Origin: Gammaproteobacteria bacterium
Lineage (GTDB): Bacteria > Pseudomonadota > Gammaproteobacteria > Steroidobacterales > Rariloculaceae
DNA length: 64,000 bases
NCBI GenBank assembly: GCA_035513215.1
Contig: DATKCK010000028.1
Coordinates: 2,386 to 66,385 of the forward strand
Reading direction: 5' to 3'
Both the position numbers and the translations under genes were made by a program. Numbering within the stretch: the first letter of the stretch is position 1; every line of letters begins with the position of its first letter. Shown in pieces: positions 44,693-55,802 of the stretch. The notes beneath the pieces are model-generated. The model saw nothing but the letters and a program-made list of their open reading frames with translations. It was not told the origin of the DNA and did no database searches.

Positions 44693-47432
44693 ACCGGCCC
44701 GGCATCAGCGCCGCAAGCCCGGCGAGGCTCGCGGCGACCCACTCGTCGTAGACGCCGTCGGCCGTGCGCGCCGCGTTGACCTCGTGCAGCCCGATCGCTT
44801 CTTCCTCGAACGGAAACGCCTGCTCCTCGAGCAGGATGTCGTATTGCGCGAGCTCGAGCTGCGTGAGATCCGCCGGGCGCTCGGACTCGAACAGGGCGCG
44901 GCTCAAGCCGTGATAGAGCTCGGCGAGCTGGTAGGTCGCCGCGGTCGTCACCTCGGCGACGCCGTACTCGGCCGCCTTGCGATACGCCTCGAGCGCGACC
45001 TCCATGCGCTCGCGTTTGAGCCTGAGGCTCTGCTCGAGCGGGGCGACGAGCCGCGAGACCTCGAAGGCCTGCCGCGCGGGCTCGGCGAGCGTAAGCTGCG
45101 CATGCGCCGCGAGGTAGCGGCTGCGATCGGTACGGCTCGTTCCGGCCGAGGCATCCGCGGCCACCAGCGACTCGAGCCAGCGCAGGCGCTCGCGGTCGTC
45201 GCCGCTTGCCCCGGCGAGCTCGACGAGCTGATGCCTCGCCTCGATCGCCTGCGAAAACGGCTCGGCGTAACGCTCGACGTAGCGCATCAGCACGGCCGTC
45301 GCGGCGTTCGTATCGGCGCCCGACTGATAGAGCTCGCCGGCGCGCCAGAGCGCTTCCTGGCGGATCTCCTCGGTCGCGCCGGATTCGGCGATGACTTCGA
45401 ACTCGCCGGCGGCTCTTCTGTTCTGGCCGGTCTCGACGTAGGCGACGGCCAGGCTCGCCGTCGCATCCGCGGCAAGCTCGTGGGCCGGGAACGCGGCGCG
45501 GAATCCCTCGAGCACGGGCGCGGCGCGTTGCCAGTCGCCGGCCTGGATCAGGGCCGCGGCGGCGTCGTACTCCGCCGTCGCCCGGATTGCGGAATCGGGC
45601 ACCGTGCGCCCGACGCGGAGGAAGTGATCGACGGCCTCGTCGACGAGGCCCGCGGCCTGCGCCTGCTCGCCCTGACGATAGATCGACGAGGCGATGCGCT
45701 CGGTGATCTCGCCGCGATCGGGATCGTCGATCGGGACGTAGGCCTCGAGATTCAGATAGGCCGACTCGGCGGCGGCGTAGTCCTCGAGATCGAACTGCGA
45801 ATGCGCGTAGACGGTCCATGCCGTGCGCTCGAGCTCCGGCGTCGTCGGAACCAGCAGGGCCTCGGCAGCAACGTCGCGCGCGCGCTCGAACTCGTCGAGC
45901 GTGAAGAGCTTCTCGGCCGCGTCCGCTCTGACCGCGGGCGCCTGCTCGTGCTCCGAATACGTCGCGCTGAACCTGAGCGCGCTGTCGATGCTCTGCCGAT
46001 GCCAGGATGCGGCTTCCCCGCCGGTCAGCTCCGACTGGCGCTCGGCGTAGGCAATGAGCGCTGCATAGCCCGCCTCCGCGCTTTCCTCGTGAAACGCGTA
46101 GCCATAGGCCGTACCCTCGTACTCGGCCGCGGCCGCGGCGAAATCGCCGCTCTCGAACAGCACCTCGGCGAGCAGGAAGTTCGTGCCGGCGGCGCCCTCG
46201 TCGTCGGGAAACGAATCGAGATAGATGCGATACCAGCGCGCCGCCTCGCCGTACTGCTCGGCGTCGCGCGATTCCTGAGCCTCGGCGTGATGGTAGGCCG
46301 CGAGATCGGTCAGATTGGCTTTCAGATGGGCCGTGATCTCGGGCTGCTCCTCGAAGCGGCGCGTCCGCCAGTAAGGCATGCCGGCCGCATAGCGCTCGAC
46401 GAAATCGCGTTTCGCATCGAGCACGAGACCGGTGAATCCGCCCTGCTTGTAGGCCTCGATGACCTCGACCTGCACGAGCGGCGCATGCGTATGCGTCGGG
46501 TCGGCGTCGACGAATGCGGCATAGGCGTCGGCGGCGTCCTGATACCGTTCCTGGTCGAGATAGAGATCGCCGAGCCCCGTGTAGACGATATAGGTGTAGC
46601 CTCGCGACCCGAGGTCCTCGAAGATGTCCGCGATCGAGTCGGGGCCGTCGAGGTACGAGAAGCTGATCGCGATGACGCGCAGCGTGTCGTCCATCAGCTC
46701 CTGCTCAGCGCGGCCCATCGCGGCATAGATCTCGGCGGGCTCCTCGCCCGGCAGCGTGCGATCGAGCAGGGCGAAGAACGGCTCGAGACTCGCGTCGTAG
46801 CGGAGCTGCTTGAATCGGCTCCAGCCGAGCTTGTAGAGCGACTGCTCGTAGTAAGGCGACTCGCCGCGCTCGATCACGCTCGAGTAGGCGGCCGCGGCTT
46901 CCTCGTAGCGCTGCTCGACGAACAGCATCTCGCCGCGGCGAAACTGCGCTTCGACCCAGTGCTCGGTGTCGGGATGCTCCTCGATGAGCCGGTCGAGGAT
47001 CTCGAGCGCCGCCTCGATTTCGCCGCCCGCCTCGTAGGCTCGCGAGAGCTGATACAGGACGAGATCGCTCTTCTCGTAGTCCGGATACGATTCGAGCAGC
47101 CCCTCGTACAGGTCGATCGTGCCGCCGAGCGCATCGCCGAGCGACTCGACATTGCGCGCGAGCTCGGCCGCCTCCTCCGATTCGAGCTGAAGGTCCGCGA
47201 GCCGGCGCGTGGCCTCGGCTTGAAGCAGCGGATCGGCCGACGCGAGATCGAGGAACAGCCGGTAGCTCTCCATCGCCTTGGCGTCGCTCGATTCGATCGG
47301 CGCGCCGGGCTCGATCTCGACGACGATGTCCTCGAGATCGCGGATCGTTCCGGTCTCCTCGGGCTCCTTGTTGCGCCCGAAAGGCCAGATCGCGGCGATC
47401 ACCGCGACGGTCAGCCAGGTCGCGCCGCTCAT
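44646..47432 (-). CDS. Large TPR-repeat protein, N-terminally membrane anchored (928 aa)
   Basis: It has the N-terminal TM segment MSGATWLTVAVIAAIWPF and many TPR-like helical repeats. There is an ATGA overlap with the upstream gene. Confidence 0.8.
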   Translation of the reverse strand: MSGATWLTVAVIAAIWPFGRNKEPEETGTIRDLEDIVVEIEPGAPIESSDAKAMESYRLFLDLASADPLLQAEATRRLADLQLESEEAAELARNVESLGDALGGTIDLYEGLLESYPDYEKSDLVLYQLSRAYEAGGEIEAALEILDRLIEEHPDTEHWVEAQFRRGEMLFVEQRYEEAAAAYSSVIERGESPYYEQSLYKLGWSRFKQLRYDASLEPFFALLDRTLPGEEPAEIYAAMGRAEQELMDDTLRVIAISFSYLDGPDSIADIFEDLGSRGYTYIVYTGLGDLYLDQERYQDAADAYAAFVDADPTHTHAPLVQVEVIEAYKQGGFTGLVLDAKRDFVERYAAGMPYWRTRRFEEQPEITAHLKANLTDLAAYHHAEAQESRDAEQYGEAARWYRIYLDSFPDDEGAAGTNFLLAEVLFESGDFAAAAAEYEGTAYGYAFHEESAEAGYAALIAYAERQSELTGGEAASWHRQSIDSALRFSATYSEHEQAPAVRADAAEKLFTLDEFERARDVAAEALLVPTTPELERTAWTVYAHSQFDLEDYAAAESAYLNLEAYVPIDDPDRGEITERIASSIYRQGEQAQAAGLVDEAVDHFLRVGRTVPDSAIRATAEYDAAAALIQAGDWQRAAPVLEGFRAAFPAHELAADATASLAVAYVETGQNRRAAGEFEVIAESGATEEIRQEALWRAGELYQSGADTNAATAVLMRYVERYAEPFSQAIEARHQLVELAGASGDDRERLRWLESLVAADASAGTSRTDRSRYLAAHAQLTLAEPARQAFEVSRLVAPLEQSLRLKRERMEVALEAYRKAAEYGVAEVTTAATYQLAELYHGLSRALFESERPADLTQLELAQYDILLEEQAFPFEEEAIGLHEVNAARTADGVYDEWVAASLAGLAALMPGRYAKYEKGERLVSSIW

Positions 47433-49312
47433 TGGCGTCCCTCGGCCATCACGGCATCGGACTCGACCGGGAGGCTCGCGGCCGCGCGATCGTATATCGT
47501 CGCCAGCGAAAAGCGCGCCTGCACCATGTAGGTGTTGAGCCGGTCGCGCTGCGCCTCGAGCGCCTCGACGGCAACGCGCTCCAAGTGCTCCCGCTGATCG
47601 TCGAGCGCGAGCTCCGTCTGCGCCTTCAGTGCCAGCACACGCGGGCGCAGCGTCGCGATGCGCGCCGTCAGCGCGGCGAAGTCCTCGGCCCAGTTCGCGG
47701 CCGCGGTCGAGACGGCGTGATGCCGGTGCCTCGCTTCCGAGAGCTCACGGTCGAGCTCGCGCAGATCGCGCTGCCCGTTCCAGAGCCGCGCCCGATAGTC
47801 GCGCCGCAAATCCCAGAGCAAAAGCCCCTTGAAGAACCGCTGCTTCTCGATCAGCTCGGGGCCGTTCGGCTCGGAGGCGACGAGCCTGAGATCGGGCTCC
47901 ATGGCCTCGAGCTCACGCCAGATCCGTTGCTGATCGGGCGCGCCGAGCGCGACGACGTCCTCGGACTGCTCGATCGTCAGGAGCCTCGATTCGAGCGCGA
48001 TTCGGCGGCGCTCGAGCGAATCGAGCTCGATCTCGCCGAGGCTCGATCGAATCGTAGGCAATCGCGTCTCATAGGCCCGCTGGCGCGTATCGAGAATGTC
48101 GTCGAAAGCGCCGAGGCTCTCGACCCAGCCCGTGAGGTTCCGGCTCATGTCGATCAAGTCGCGGTAGTTCTTGACGCCTTCCTGAAAGCCGTTGCTCGCC
48201 ATCAGCTCGACGAGATAGCGGCTCTCGTCCGTCGTCGGAATCTGATCAAGCTCGAAATACCAGCCCGTGCCTTCGCTTTGCTGCACCGCGAGCCATTCCG
48301 TCAGGAGCTTGCCGCTTCTGACCGACGCCACGGCGTCGTCGATCCGCGCGATCTCCGCCGTGAAGGTATCGATCGCGTCCACGTAGTGGTCCGCGGCCTG
48401 GGCATCGGCGTTGAGCCTCAAAAACGCATAGGGCACGGCGAGCAGCGATTCCTGGACGGCGGAGTCGAGCAGATCCCTGTCCTTGAGCGCCACCCAGGGC
48501 GCGAGCGCCGCCCGGTAGTCTTCCTGCTCGGCATCGGCCCAGCCGACGCCGAGCAGGGCCTTGTTCGAATAGGGACCGGCGAGCCGCACGCGCTGCAAGG
48601 CGGGCTTGGCCTCGACCGGTCGCGAAGCCTGGAGCCAGGCGTAGCCGAGCGCGACATTGGCCTTGTCGCGCAGCGCGAGCATCACCTCGGACGTTTCATC
48701 GCCCGATTCCATCTGGCCGACCTCGGCCAGAATCCTGGCGCCCGCCTCAACCTCGCCGAGGCGCACGAGCGCAACGCCGATGTTGAACTTCGCATACCCG
48801 ACCCATTCGTCGTCGGGGTCTTCCCAGGCTTCGAGCACGGCGAGCGCGTCGGCGAACTTAAGCTGGTCCATCAGCACCTGGGCCTCGAGCATGACGCGGT
48901 CGGGCCCAAAGGATTCGGGCAGGGCGCCCTGAATGCGCCCGAGCGCCGCTTCGGCCTCGGGCAGGTAGCCGCGCTGATGCCAGATCCTGGCAAGAAAGAA
49001 CCAGGCGCGGTCGTGCAGCATCGGATCGACCGACTGCATAAGCACCTGCTCGAATACCTGTCCCGCAATCCGATGCTGGCCGTAGGAAAGATAGAGCGCG
49101 CCGAGCAGAAGATCGGCATCGCGCGCATGCGACGGAAGCTCGTTGCGCTCGAGCGCGGCGAGCAGCCGCGTCAGGGCCGCGAAATGATCGTCCTGGAAGA
49201 ACTCGAACAGGATCTCACCATAAGCGAGATCCTTGACCGTTCGCTCGGGCGGATCGTCGGCCAGCGCAATCGCCGGCACCGACAGGGCGAGGAGGCTCAG
49301 GAGCCGCCGCAT
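47429..49312 (-). CDS. Secreted TPR-repeat protein (627 aa)
   Basis: It has the signal peptide MRRLLSLLALSVPAIALA and TPR-like repeats in the N-terminal half. Confidence 0.75.
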   Translation of the reverse strand: MRRLLSLLALSVPAIALADDPPERTVKDLAYGEILFEFFQDDHFAALTRLLAALERNELPSHARDADLLLGALYLSYGQHRIAGQVFEQVLMQSVDPMLHDRAWFFLARIWHQRGYLPEAEAALGRIQGALPESFGPDRVMLEAQVLMDQLKFADALAVLEAWEDPDDEWVGYAKFNIGVALVRLGEVEAGARILAEVGQMESGDETSEVMLALRDKANVALGYAWLQASRPVEAKPALQRVRLAGPYSNKALLGVGWADAEQEDYRAALAPWVALKDRDLLDSAVQESLLAVPYAFLRLNADAQAADHYVDAIDTFTAEIARIDDAVASVRSGKLLTEWLAVQQSEGTGWYFELDQIPTTDESRYLVELMASNGFQEGVKNYRDLIDMSRNLTGWVESLGAFDDILDTRQRAYETRLPTIRSSLGEIELDSLERRRIALESRLLTIEQSEDVVALGAPDQQRIWRELEAMEPDLRLVASEPNGPELIEKQRFFKGLLLWDLRRDYRARLWNGQRDLRELDRELSEARHRHHAVSTAAANWAEDFAALTARIATLRPRVLALKAQTELALDDQREHLERVAVEALEAQRDRLNTYMVQARFSLATIYDRAAASLPVESDAVMAEGRQ

Positions 49313-49315
49313 CGA

Positions 49316-49873
49316 TCACTCCCATTCCCTGACGATGAATTCCGGCTGCAGCTTGCTCTCCCGGTCGGAGATCGTGAGCTCGATGAACTTCGGGCCGATG
49401 CCTTTCTCGAACACGACCGTCGCGCCGCGGCGATAGTCGCGCTCGTGCGTGCCGCCGCCGGTGAACATCGCGATGAGCTCGTGCTCGCCCGCGCGCAGGT
49501 TGCCGACGTAGACACGCTGCACGCCGCCGCGATGAAGCGCATCGACCTCGCGCTCGGTATACAGGTAGCTCGTCACGTCGTTGCCGTCGAGCCTGATCTC
49601 GACCGAGTCGAGCGCAAAGAACTCGCCGACATCCATCGATAAGAAGATCGCGACCTGAGTGTTGGCGGGGAAGAGCAGCTCCTCCTCGAGCAGGAACAGA
49701 TCGCGGTTGAGATCGACGGCGAGCGTCTTGAGATCCTGCACCTGCTCGTCCAGCGTACGCGAGGCGGTGTCGATCGCGGCGCCCGAGAACGCGGGCACGG
49801 CGGGCTCCTGCTGAGCGAACGCGAATCCGCCGAGAATCACGAGAAAGAGGCCTGGCCAAAGACGCTTGCTCAT
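49316..49873 (-). CDS. Secreted protein of unknown function (185 aa)
   Basis: It has the signal peptide MSKRLWPGLFLVILGGFAFAQ and is tightly packed between the TlpA-like and TPR genes. Confidence 0.65.
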   Translation of the reverse strand: MSKRLWPGLFLVILGGFAFAQQEPAVPAFSGAAIDTASRTLDEQVQDLKTLAVDLNRDLFLLEEELLFPANTQVAIFLSMDVGEFFALDSVEIRLDGNDVTSYLYTEREVDALHRGGVQRVYVGNLRAGEHELIAMFTGGGTHERDYRRGATVVFEKGIGPKFIELTISDRESKLQPEFIVREWE

Positions 49874-49882
49874 ACTTCGCTC

Positions 49883-50389
49883 CTACTCCGACAACAGCTC
49901 GCGCACGCGCTCGAGATACGCGTCTTCCTCGCCGCGTCGGTATCCGGTGAACTCGAAGCGCACGAGCCCATCCCGATCGACGAGGACGACATAGGGCAGA
50001 TTGTCGACGTCGTACTGCTCACCGACCTCGCCGCCGGCATCGTGCAGCGCCGGGAATCCGACGCCGAGCGCTTGTGCCGCCGCGATGACCTGCGAGCGCT
50101 CGCGATCGAGGCTGACGGCGAGCATCTGAAGATCGGCGCCTGCGTATCGCTCGTGGAGCCCCGCGAGGCCTTCGAGCTGCGAGCGGCACTCGCCGCACCA
50201 GCTCGCCCAGAAGGCGACGAGCACGACCTGGCCGCGGTACTCGGACAAGCGATGGTTTTTCCCGCTCGCGGCCTTGAGCACGAAGTCGGGCGCTTCGGAT
50301 CCCGCGAGCTCGGCGCCGGCGGTTCCGCTCAGGGCCGCGAGCGCGAGCACCGCGATCAAGAATCTCCGTCCGAACTGCTGCACTCGCAT
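49883..50389 (-). CDS. TlpA-family thiol:disulfide oxidoreductase (redoxin)
   Basis: It has a signal peptide and the FWASWCGECRSQ thioredoxin-fold CxxC motif. Confidence 0.85.
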   Translation of the reverse strand: MRVQQFGRRFLIAVLALAALSGTAGAELAGSEAPDFVLKAASGKNHRLSEYRGQVVLVAFWASWCGECRSQLEGLAGLHERYAGADLQMLAVSLDRERSQVIAAAQALGVGFPALHDAGGEVGEQYDVDNLPYVVLVDRDGLVRFEFTGYRRGEEDAYLERVRELLSE

Positions 50390-50689
50390 CCCTTCGACTG
50401 CTCGAAACCTGGACCCCCGTCCAATCCGTCAACCTTATGGTCTGGCCGGATCAGCCGCTATGAGCCAGGTCTCAGTACTACCGGATTGGGGCTCTCGCCG
50501 CGGACGCGAAGCACGAATCATGCCAATGGGGTTGGGCTGCCTAAACGGTTATTTTCAGAAGAGTTTTTTGCAACGCCGGCGGCGCCCGCGAGACGCGGGT
50601 GTCGCGATTAGCGGACAGACCGGGCCCGCGCGAGCGGGCCCGGCCAACGTCTGCCGTGATTCGTCGCTGTCGGTGGCCGCCGACAGCGG

Positions 50690-51079
50690 CTAGAGCGACT
50701 GGCTCGACGCGTCCTTGTCGCGATCCGGATGAGCCTTACCCGCGGTCATCTGCTCGCAGACGAACTCGTAGGCGTGGCGCTCCTTGTATTGCGCCGCCCA
50801 GAAGATCGGCACGACCAGATAATAGGCGCCTACGATCGCGCCGATATCCGGGCGCTCGTTGCGGCGGAAGCTGAAGTTCTGCGGCTCGCAGCCGTCCTTG
50901 CGCAGCGTGACCTCTTGAACCGTGAACGCGGGCTTCCGGTCGCGATAGCGGCCGTGCCCGGTGCCGACGTATTCGCCGTTGACGTAGATACGGGCTTGGG
51001 GATCGGTGATACGAATCGTCGTTCCGCTCGAGCAGGCGGTCAGAGCGAAGATCGTTGCCAGGACGATGAGGTGTTTCAT
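50690..51079 (-). CDS. Lipoprotein (PEGA-like N-terminal region)
   Basis: From the internal ATG 51079 the product begins MKHLIVLATIFALTACSS (a lipobox), followed by TIRITDPQARIYVNGEYVGTG. Confidence 0.6.
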   Translation of the reverse strand: MKHLIVLATIFALTACSSGTTIRITDPQARIYVNGEYVGTGHGRYRDRKPAFTVQEVTLRKDGCEPQNFSFRRNERPDIGAIVGAYYLVVPIFWAAQYKERHAYEFVCEQMTAGKAHPDRDKDASSQSL

Positions 51080-51156
51080 GACACGGCCTCCGGGCCCTTG
51101 GATTACCGCGATAGTATCTCCGTTTCGACTTAAGGCAAGCTGAACAGAGGGGTCCC

Positions 51157-54100
51157 TCAGCCGTCCACCCAGCGCCTGCCGTTGTCGAACAGTCGCTGCC
51201 ACGGCGAGCATTCGCTCCAGTCGGCCGGATGCCAGGACCACTGTACGGTCCGGAACGCGCGCTCCGGGTGCGGCATCATGATCGTGACGCGCCCGTCCGC
51301 GCTCGCAAGCCCCGCGATGCCGCGCGGCGATCCGTTCGGGTTGGCCGGATAGCGCTCGGCGATCGCGCCGCGGTTGTCGACGAATCGAAGACCGACCAGG
51401 CGCTCGGCGGCCGCGGCCTCGTCATCGCCATTCACGAACTCGGCGCGGCCCTCGCCGTGCGAGCTGACGACCGGCAGGACCGAGCCCGCCATGCCGTCGA
51501 GCAGGACCGAGGGCCCTTGCTGGATCGCGACGAGCAAGAAGCGCGCCTCGAACTGATCGGAGCGGTTACGGACGAATCGCGGCCAGACCTCGGCGCCCGG
51601 GATCAGGTCCTTCAGCGCCGCGAGCATCTGGCAGCCGTTGCAGACGCCGAGCGCGAACGTGTCGTCGCGCTCGAAGTACCCGGCGAACATCTCGCGCAGC
51701 CGATCCGTATAGAGAATCGACTTGGCCCAGCCTTCGCCGGCGCCGAGCACGTCGCCATAGGAAAACCCGCCGCAGGCGACGAGGCCGCGATAGTCGGCGA
51801 GACCCGACCGGCCCGCGATCAGATCGCTCATGTGCATGTCGTGCGCCTCGAATCCGGCGCGATCGAGCGCGGCGGCCATCTCGCGCTGCCCGTTGACGCC
51901 CTGCTCGCGAAGCACCGCGACCTTCGGCCGCCCGCCCTGCCCTGGACGCCGCTCGAGCGTCGGCGGTTCGAAGCTCAGGCTGACGCTCAGTCCCGGATCG
52001 CTGTCGTCGAGCGTCGCTTCGTAGGCCTCTCGCGCGCACTCGGGATTGTCGCGCAAGGCCTGCATTCGAAAGGTCAGCTCGGACCAGACCGCGTGCAGCT
52101 CGGTGCGGCGCTTGCGGTAGATCTCATCGCCGCGATGACGGATCACGATCTCGCCGGGGGCCTCCTTCGTCGGCCGCGCGACTATCGTGTGCTGGCAGCG
52201 ATGCCGGTCGAGGATCCGGCGGGCATCGTCGAGCTCCGACTCGCGAAACTGAAGGACGGCGCCCGGCTCCTCGTTGAAAAGATACTCGATCGCATCCACC
52301 GGATCGGGCAGCTCGATACGCAAGCCGACGCGAGACGCGAAGGCCAACTCGAGCAGCGTCACGATCAGCCCGCCGTCGGAACGATCGTGATAGGCGAGCG
52401 CGAGACGCGCCTCGCGCAGCTCGCGCTGCGCCCGGAAGAATCGCCTCAGAAGGTCCGGATCGTCGACATCGGCCGGCGCGCCGCCGAAGACGCCGCGCGT
52501 TTGCGCGAGGCACGAGGCGCCAAGGCGCTGGCGTCCGTCTGCGAGATCGACGAAGACGAGCACGGTCGCATCGTCGCGCGTGAGCTCCGGCGTCAGAGTC
52601 CGACGCACGTCGGCAACCGGCGCGAAGGCCGAGACGACGAGCGAGACCGGCGCCGTCACGGCGCGTTTCGCGCCGGCCTCGCTCCAGCGCGTCTGCATCG
52701 ACAGCGAATCCTTGCCGACCGGAATCGCAATGCCGAGCGCCGGGCAGAAGACCTCGCCGACGGCACGCACCATCGCGTAGAGATCGGCGTCGTCGTCGGC
52801 GAAGCCCGCCGCGGCCATCCAGTTCGCCGAGAGCCGAATGTCGCCGAGCGCCTCGACGTCGGCCGCGAGCAGATTGGTCACGGCCTCGGCGACGGCGAGC
52901 CTGGCCGAGGCCGGCCCGTGACGGATCGCGACCGGCGTCCGTTCGCCGCAGGCCATGGCCTCGCCCGTGTAGTCCCTGAATCCCGCGGACGTGACGGCGA
53001 CGTCGCTGACCGGCACCTGCCAGGGACCGACGAGCTGATCGCGGACCGACAGCCCGCCGACCGTTCGATCGCCGATGTGAATCAGGAACGACTTGTCGGC
53101 CACGGCCGGGAACCGCAGGACGTCCTCGATCGCGTCGGCGAGGTCGACGGTAAACGCCTCGGCGCGAATCTCGCCATAGCGTTTCGCGCTCGCTACGCGC
53201 GTCATCTTCGGCGGTTTGCCGAACAGCGTGTCCATCGGCATCGCGACGGGCGTGTTGCCGAACTCGCTGTCGTTGACCGTCAACGTACGCTCGTCGCTGA
53301 GCGTGCCGATCACGGCAGCGGGGCAGCGCTCGCGCTCGCAAAGCGCGAGGAACAGACCGAGACGATCGGCCTCGATCGACAGCATGTAGCGCTCCTGCGA
53401 CTCATTGCACCACAGCTCCATCGGGCTCATGCCGGGCTCATCGTTCGGCACGGCGCGCAGCTCGACGACGGCGCCGCAGCCGCTGTGCTCGACGATCTCG
53501 GGCACGGCGTTCGAGAGCCCGCCGGCGCCGATGTCGTGGATCGCCGCGATCGGATTGTCGTCGCCGAGCGCCCAGCAGCTGTCGATGACCTCCTGCGCGC
53601 GACGCTGCATCTCGGGATTGCCGCGCTGGACCGAGGCGTAGTCGAGCTGCTCCTCGCTCGAGCCCGCGCCTAGCGACGACGCGGCGCCGCCGCCGAGACC
53701 GATCAGCATCGCGGGCCCGCCGAGGACGACGAGCTTCGCGCCGCCTGCGGGCTTTCGTTTCTCGATCTGCGCCTCGCGGATATTGCCGATGCCGCCGGCC
53801 AGCATGATCGGCTTGTGATAGCCGCGCCAGACGCCGGCATCCGACAGCAGGCAGCTTCTGAAATAGCCCGCGAGATTCGGGCGGCCGAACTCGTTGTTGA
53901 ACGACGCCGCGCCGATCGGACCTTCGAGCATGATCGCAAGCGGCGACGCGATCCTCCCCGGACGCCCCGGCGTTTCACGTTCCCACGGCTGGGACCAGCC
54001 CGGCAACTCGAGATGCGAGACGGTAAAGCCCGTCAGCCCCGCCTTCGGCTTCGCGCCGCGCCCCGTCGCGCCTTCGTCGCGGATCTCGCCACCGGAGCCC

Positions 54101-55023
54101 GTCGCGGCACCGGGATATGGCGAGATCGCCGTCGGATGATTGTGCGTCTCGACCTTGATGACGAGATGCGCGGGCTCCTCGGTATAGGCGTAGACGTTCG
54201 AGCCGACTTGCGGGTAGAACCAGGCGGCCGCGGCGCCGGCGACGACGGCCGCGTTGTCGGCATAGGCCGAAAGGACGCCGCCAGGTGCCATCGCATGCGT
54301 GTTGCGGATCATCGCGAACAGACTTTTGACGGCCGGCTGCCCGTCGATGATCCAGTCGGCATTGAAGACCTTGTGCCGGCAATGCTCGGAGTTCGCCTGC
54401 GCGAACATCATCAGCTCGACGTCGCTCGGATTGCGGCCGAGCGCGCGGAACTGCGCATCGAGGTATTCGATCTCGTCGACGGAAAGCGCGAGCCCGAGCT
54501 CACGGTTGGCCTCGACGAGCGCATCGCCGCCGCGTGCCATCAGATCGATCCAGGCGACGGGACGCGGACGCCGCGCCGCGAAGAGCTGCGACTCGGTCGG
54601 CGGTGCCGTCAGCGGCGTCTCGGTCATCCGGTCGTGAACGAGCGGCAGCAGCCGTTCGACGTCGGCGGCCTTGAGCGTCGCATCGGCGTCGAGGCCGATG
54701 ACGCGGCCGCGCTCGATGCGCCCGACCGGCAGCCCGCAGATTCTCGCGATGTCGGTGGCCTTCGACGACCACGGCGAGATCGTGCCGAGGCGCGGCACGA
54801 TGTAGAGAGCCTGACCGGGATACGCCGTGCCTGCGCGCGTGCCGTAGTCGAGCAGCGCCTCGAGCACCGACGTCTCATGCTCGGTCAGCGCGCGCTCCGG
54901 ATGCACGTAGTGCTCGAAACGAGCCGTGACGCCTTTGACGGCAGGCACGATGGCGCGGATCTCGGCGCCGAGCTTCTCGATTCGGAACGTCGTATGGGCC
55001 ACGGGCCCGTGAAGCGTCAGCAC
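51157..55023 (-). CDS. purL: Phosphoribosylformylglycinamidine synthase (single-chain large PurL)
   Basis: At about 1288 aa it has the typical N-terminus (M)[17 protein letters not shown] and a C-terminal glutaminase with GVCNGCQM. The GTG start at 55023 overlaps the upstream stop (GTGCTGA). Confidence 0.95.
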   Translation of the reverse strand: MLTLHGPVAHTTFRIEKLGAEIRAIVPAVKGVTARFEHYVHPERALTEHETSVLEALLDYGTRAGTAYPGQALYIVPRLGTISPWSSKATDIARICGLPVGRIERGRVIGLDADATLKAADVERLLPLVHDRMTETPLTAPPTESQLFAARRPRPVAWIDLMARGGDALVEANRELGLALSVDEIEYLDAQFRALGRNPSDVELMMFAQANSEHCRHKVFNADWIIDGQPAVKSLFAMIRNTHAMAPGGVLSAYADNAAVVAGAAAAWFYPQVGSNVYAYTEEPAHLVIKVETHNHPTAISPYPGAATGSGGEIRDEGATGRGAKPKAGLTGFTVSHLELPGWSQPWERETPGRPGRIASPLAIMLEGPIGAASFNNEFGRPNLAGYFRSCLLSDAGVWRGYHKPIMLAGGIGNIREAQIEKRKPAGGAKLVVLGGPAMLIGLGGGAASSLGAGSSEEQLDYASVQRGNPEMQRRAQEVIDSCWALGDDNPIAAIHDIGAGGLSNAVPEIVEHSGCGAVVELRAVPNDEPGMSPMELWCNESQERYMLSIEADRLGLFLALCERERCPAAVIGTLSDERTLTVNDSEFGNTPVAMPMDTLFGKPPKMTRVASAKRYGEIRAEAFTVDLADAIEDVLRFPAVADKSFLIHIGDRTVGGLSVRDQLVGPWQVPVSDVAVTSAGFRDYTGEAMACGERTPVAIRHGPASARLAVAEAVTNLLAADVEALGDIRLSANWMAAAGFADDDADLYAMVRAVGEVFCPALGIAIPVGKDSLSMQTRWSEAGAKRAVTAPVSLVVSAFAPVADVRRTLTPELTRDDATVLVFVDLADGRQRLGASCLAQTRGVFGGAPADVDDPDLLRRFFRAQRELREARLALAYHDRSDGGLIVTLLELAFASRVGLRIELPDPVDAIEYLFNEEPGAVLQFRESELDDARRILDRHRCQHTIVARPTKEAPGEIVIRHRGDEIYRKRRTELHAVWSELTFRMQALRDNPECAREAYEATLDDSDPGLSVSLSFEPPTLERRPGQGGRPKVAVLREQGVNGQREMAAALDRAGFEAHDMHMSDLIAGRSGLADYRGLVACGGFSYGDVLGAGEGWAKSILYTDRLREMFAGYFERDDTFALGVCNGCQMLAALKDLIPGAEVWPRFVRNRSDQFEARFLLVAIQQGPSVLLDGMAGSVLPVVSSHGEGRAEFVNGDDEAAAAERLVGLRFVDNRGAIAERYPANPNGSPRGIAGLASADGRVTIMMPHPERAFRTVQWSWHPADWSECSPWQRLFDNGRRWVDG

Positions 55024-55784
55024 GGATCGACCTCGAGCCAGAGGCTCGCCGCGTCCTGGGATGCCAGATGCAGATCGAAACACCTGTGATCGGCCACGCG
55101 GGCGACGGCCGAGCGAACGTGCCCGGGCGTGTTGTTGCGCTCGGACAGGTGCAGGGCCATGACCCACTGGAGCGCCGAGTGACCGACGTCATCGATGAAA
55201 TCTGCGGCCTGATCGTTGCTCAGATGGCCGAAGCGCGAGCCGACCCTCGCCTTGACGGACTCGGGATAGCTGCCGTTCTCGAGCATCCCGACGTCGTGAT
55301 TGAACTCGATCGCGAGCGCATCGCAGCTCGCAAGCGCGCGGTGAATGACCGGCGTCGCGTGCCCGGTATCGGTCAGAAGACCGAGCCGGCGCCTCTGGGC
55401 GCGAAAGACGAACTGGCAGGGCTCGCGCGCGTCATGCGGCACGGCAAACGGTTGCACCTCGATCGATCCTATCGAAAGCGGGCGGTCGCAGCGCAGGCGT
55501 TCGAAGTCCGCGATCGCATCGACGGAGCGCGCCGTCCCCGGGCTCGCCCAGACCGGAATCCCGTGCCGGCGCACGAGCGGGCGAATCCCGCGACTGTGAT
55601 CGCCATGCTCGTGGGTCACGAGCAGCGCGTCGATATCCTCGAACCGGCGGCCCGCCGCGGCGAGACGATCGCCGAGCACCTTCAGCGGCAACCCGCAGTC
55701 GATCATGATCAGCGTGTCGTCGTGCTCGACGAGCAGCGCATTACCGCGGCTGCCGCTTGCGAGCGCGCAAAAGCGCAGTGTCAA
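55017..55784 (-). CDS. MBL-fold metallo-hydrolase
   Basis: It begins [20 protein letters not shown] and has the THEHGDH metal-binding motif. Confidence 0.8.
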   Translation of the reverse strand: MTLRFCALASGSRGNALLVEHDDTLIMIDCGLPLKVLGDRLAAAGRRFEDIDALLVTHEHGDHSRGIRPLVRRHGIPVWASPGTARSVDAIADFERLRCDRPLSIGSIEVQPFAVPHDAREPCQFVFRAQRRRLGLLTDTGHATPVIHRALASCDALAIEFNHDVGMLENGSYPESVKARVGSRFGHLSNDQAADFIDDVGHSALQWVMALHLSERNNTPGHVRSAVARVADHRCFDLHLASQDAASLWLEVDPC

Positions 55785-55802
55785 CCGCTACTCCGTACCA
55801 CC

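Noticed and set aside
44784-49642. Two very long plus-strand ORFs (915 aa and 736 aa) opposite the TPR genes.
   Set aside because: Both have low-complexity Arg/Leu/Glu composition and no start context. The minus-strand products have signal peptides, TPR periodicity and operon-style overlaps.
51229-53673. An 814-aa plus-strand ORF antisense to purL.
   Set aside because: purL is unambiguous on the minus strand, so the antisense frame is a compositional artefact.
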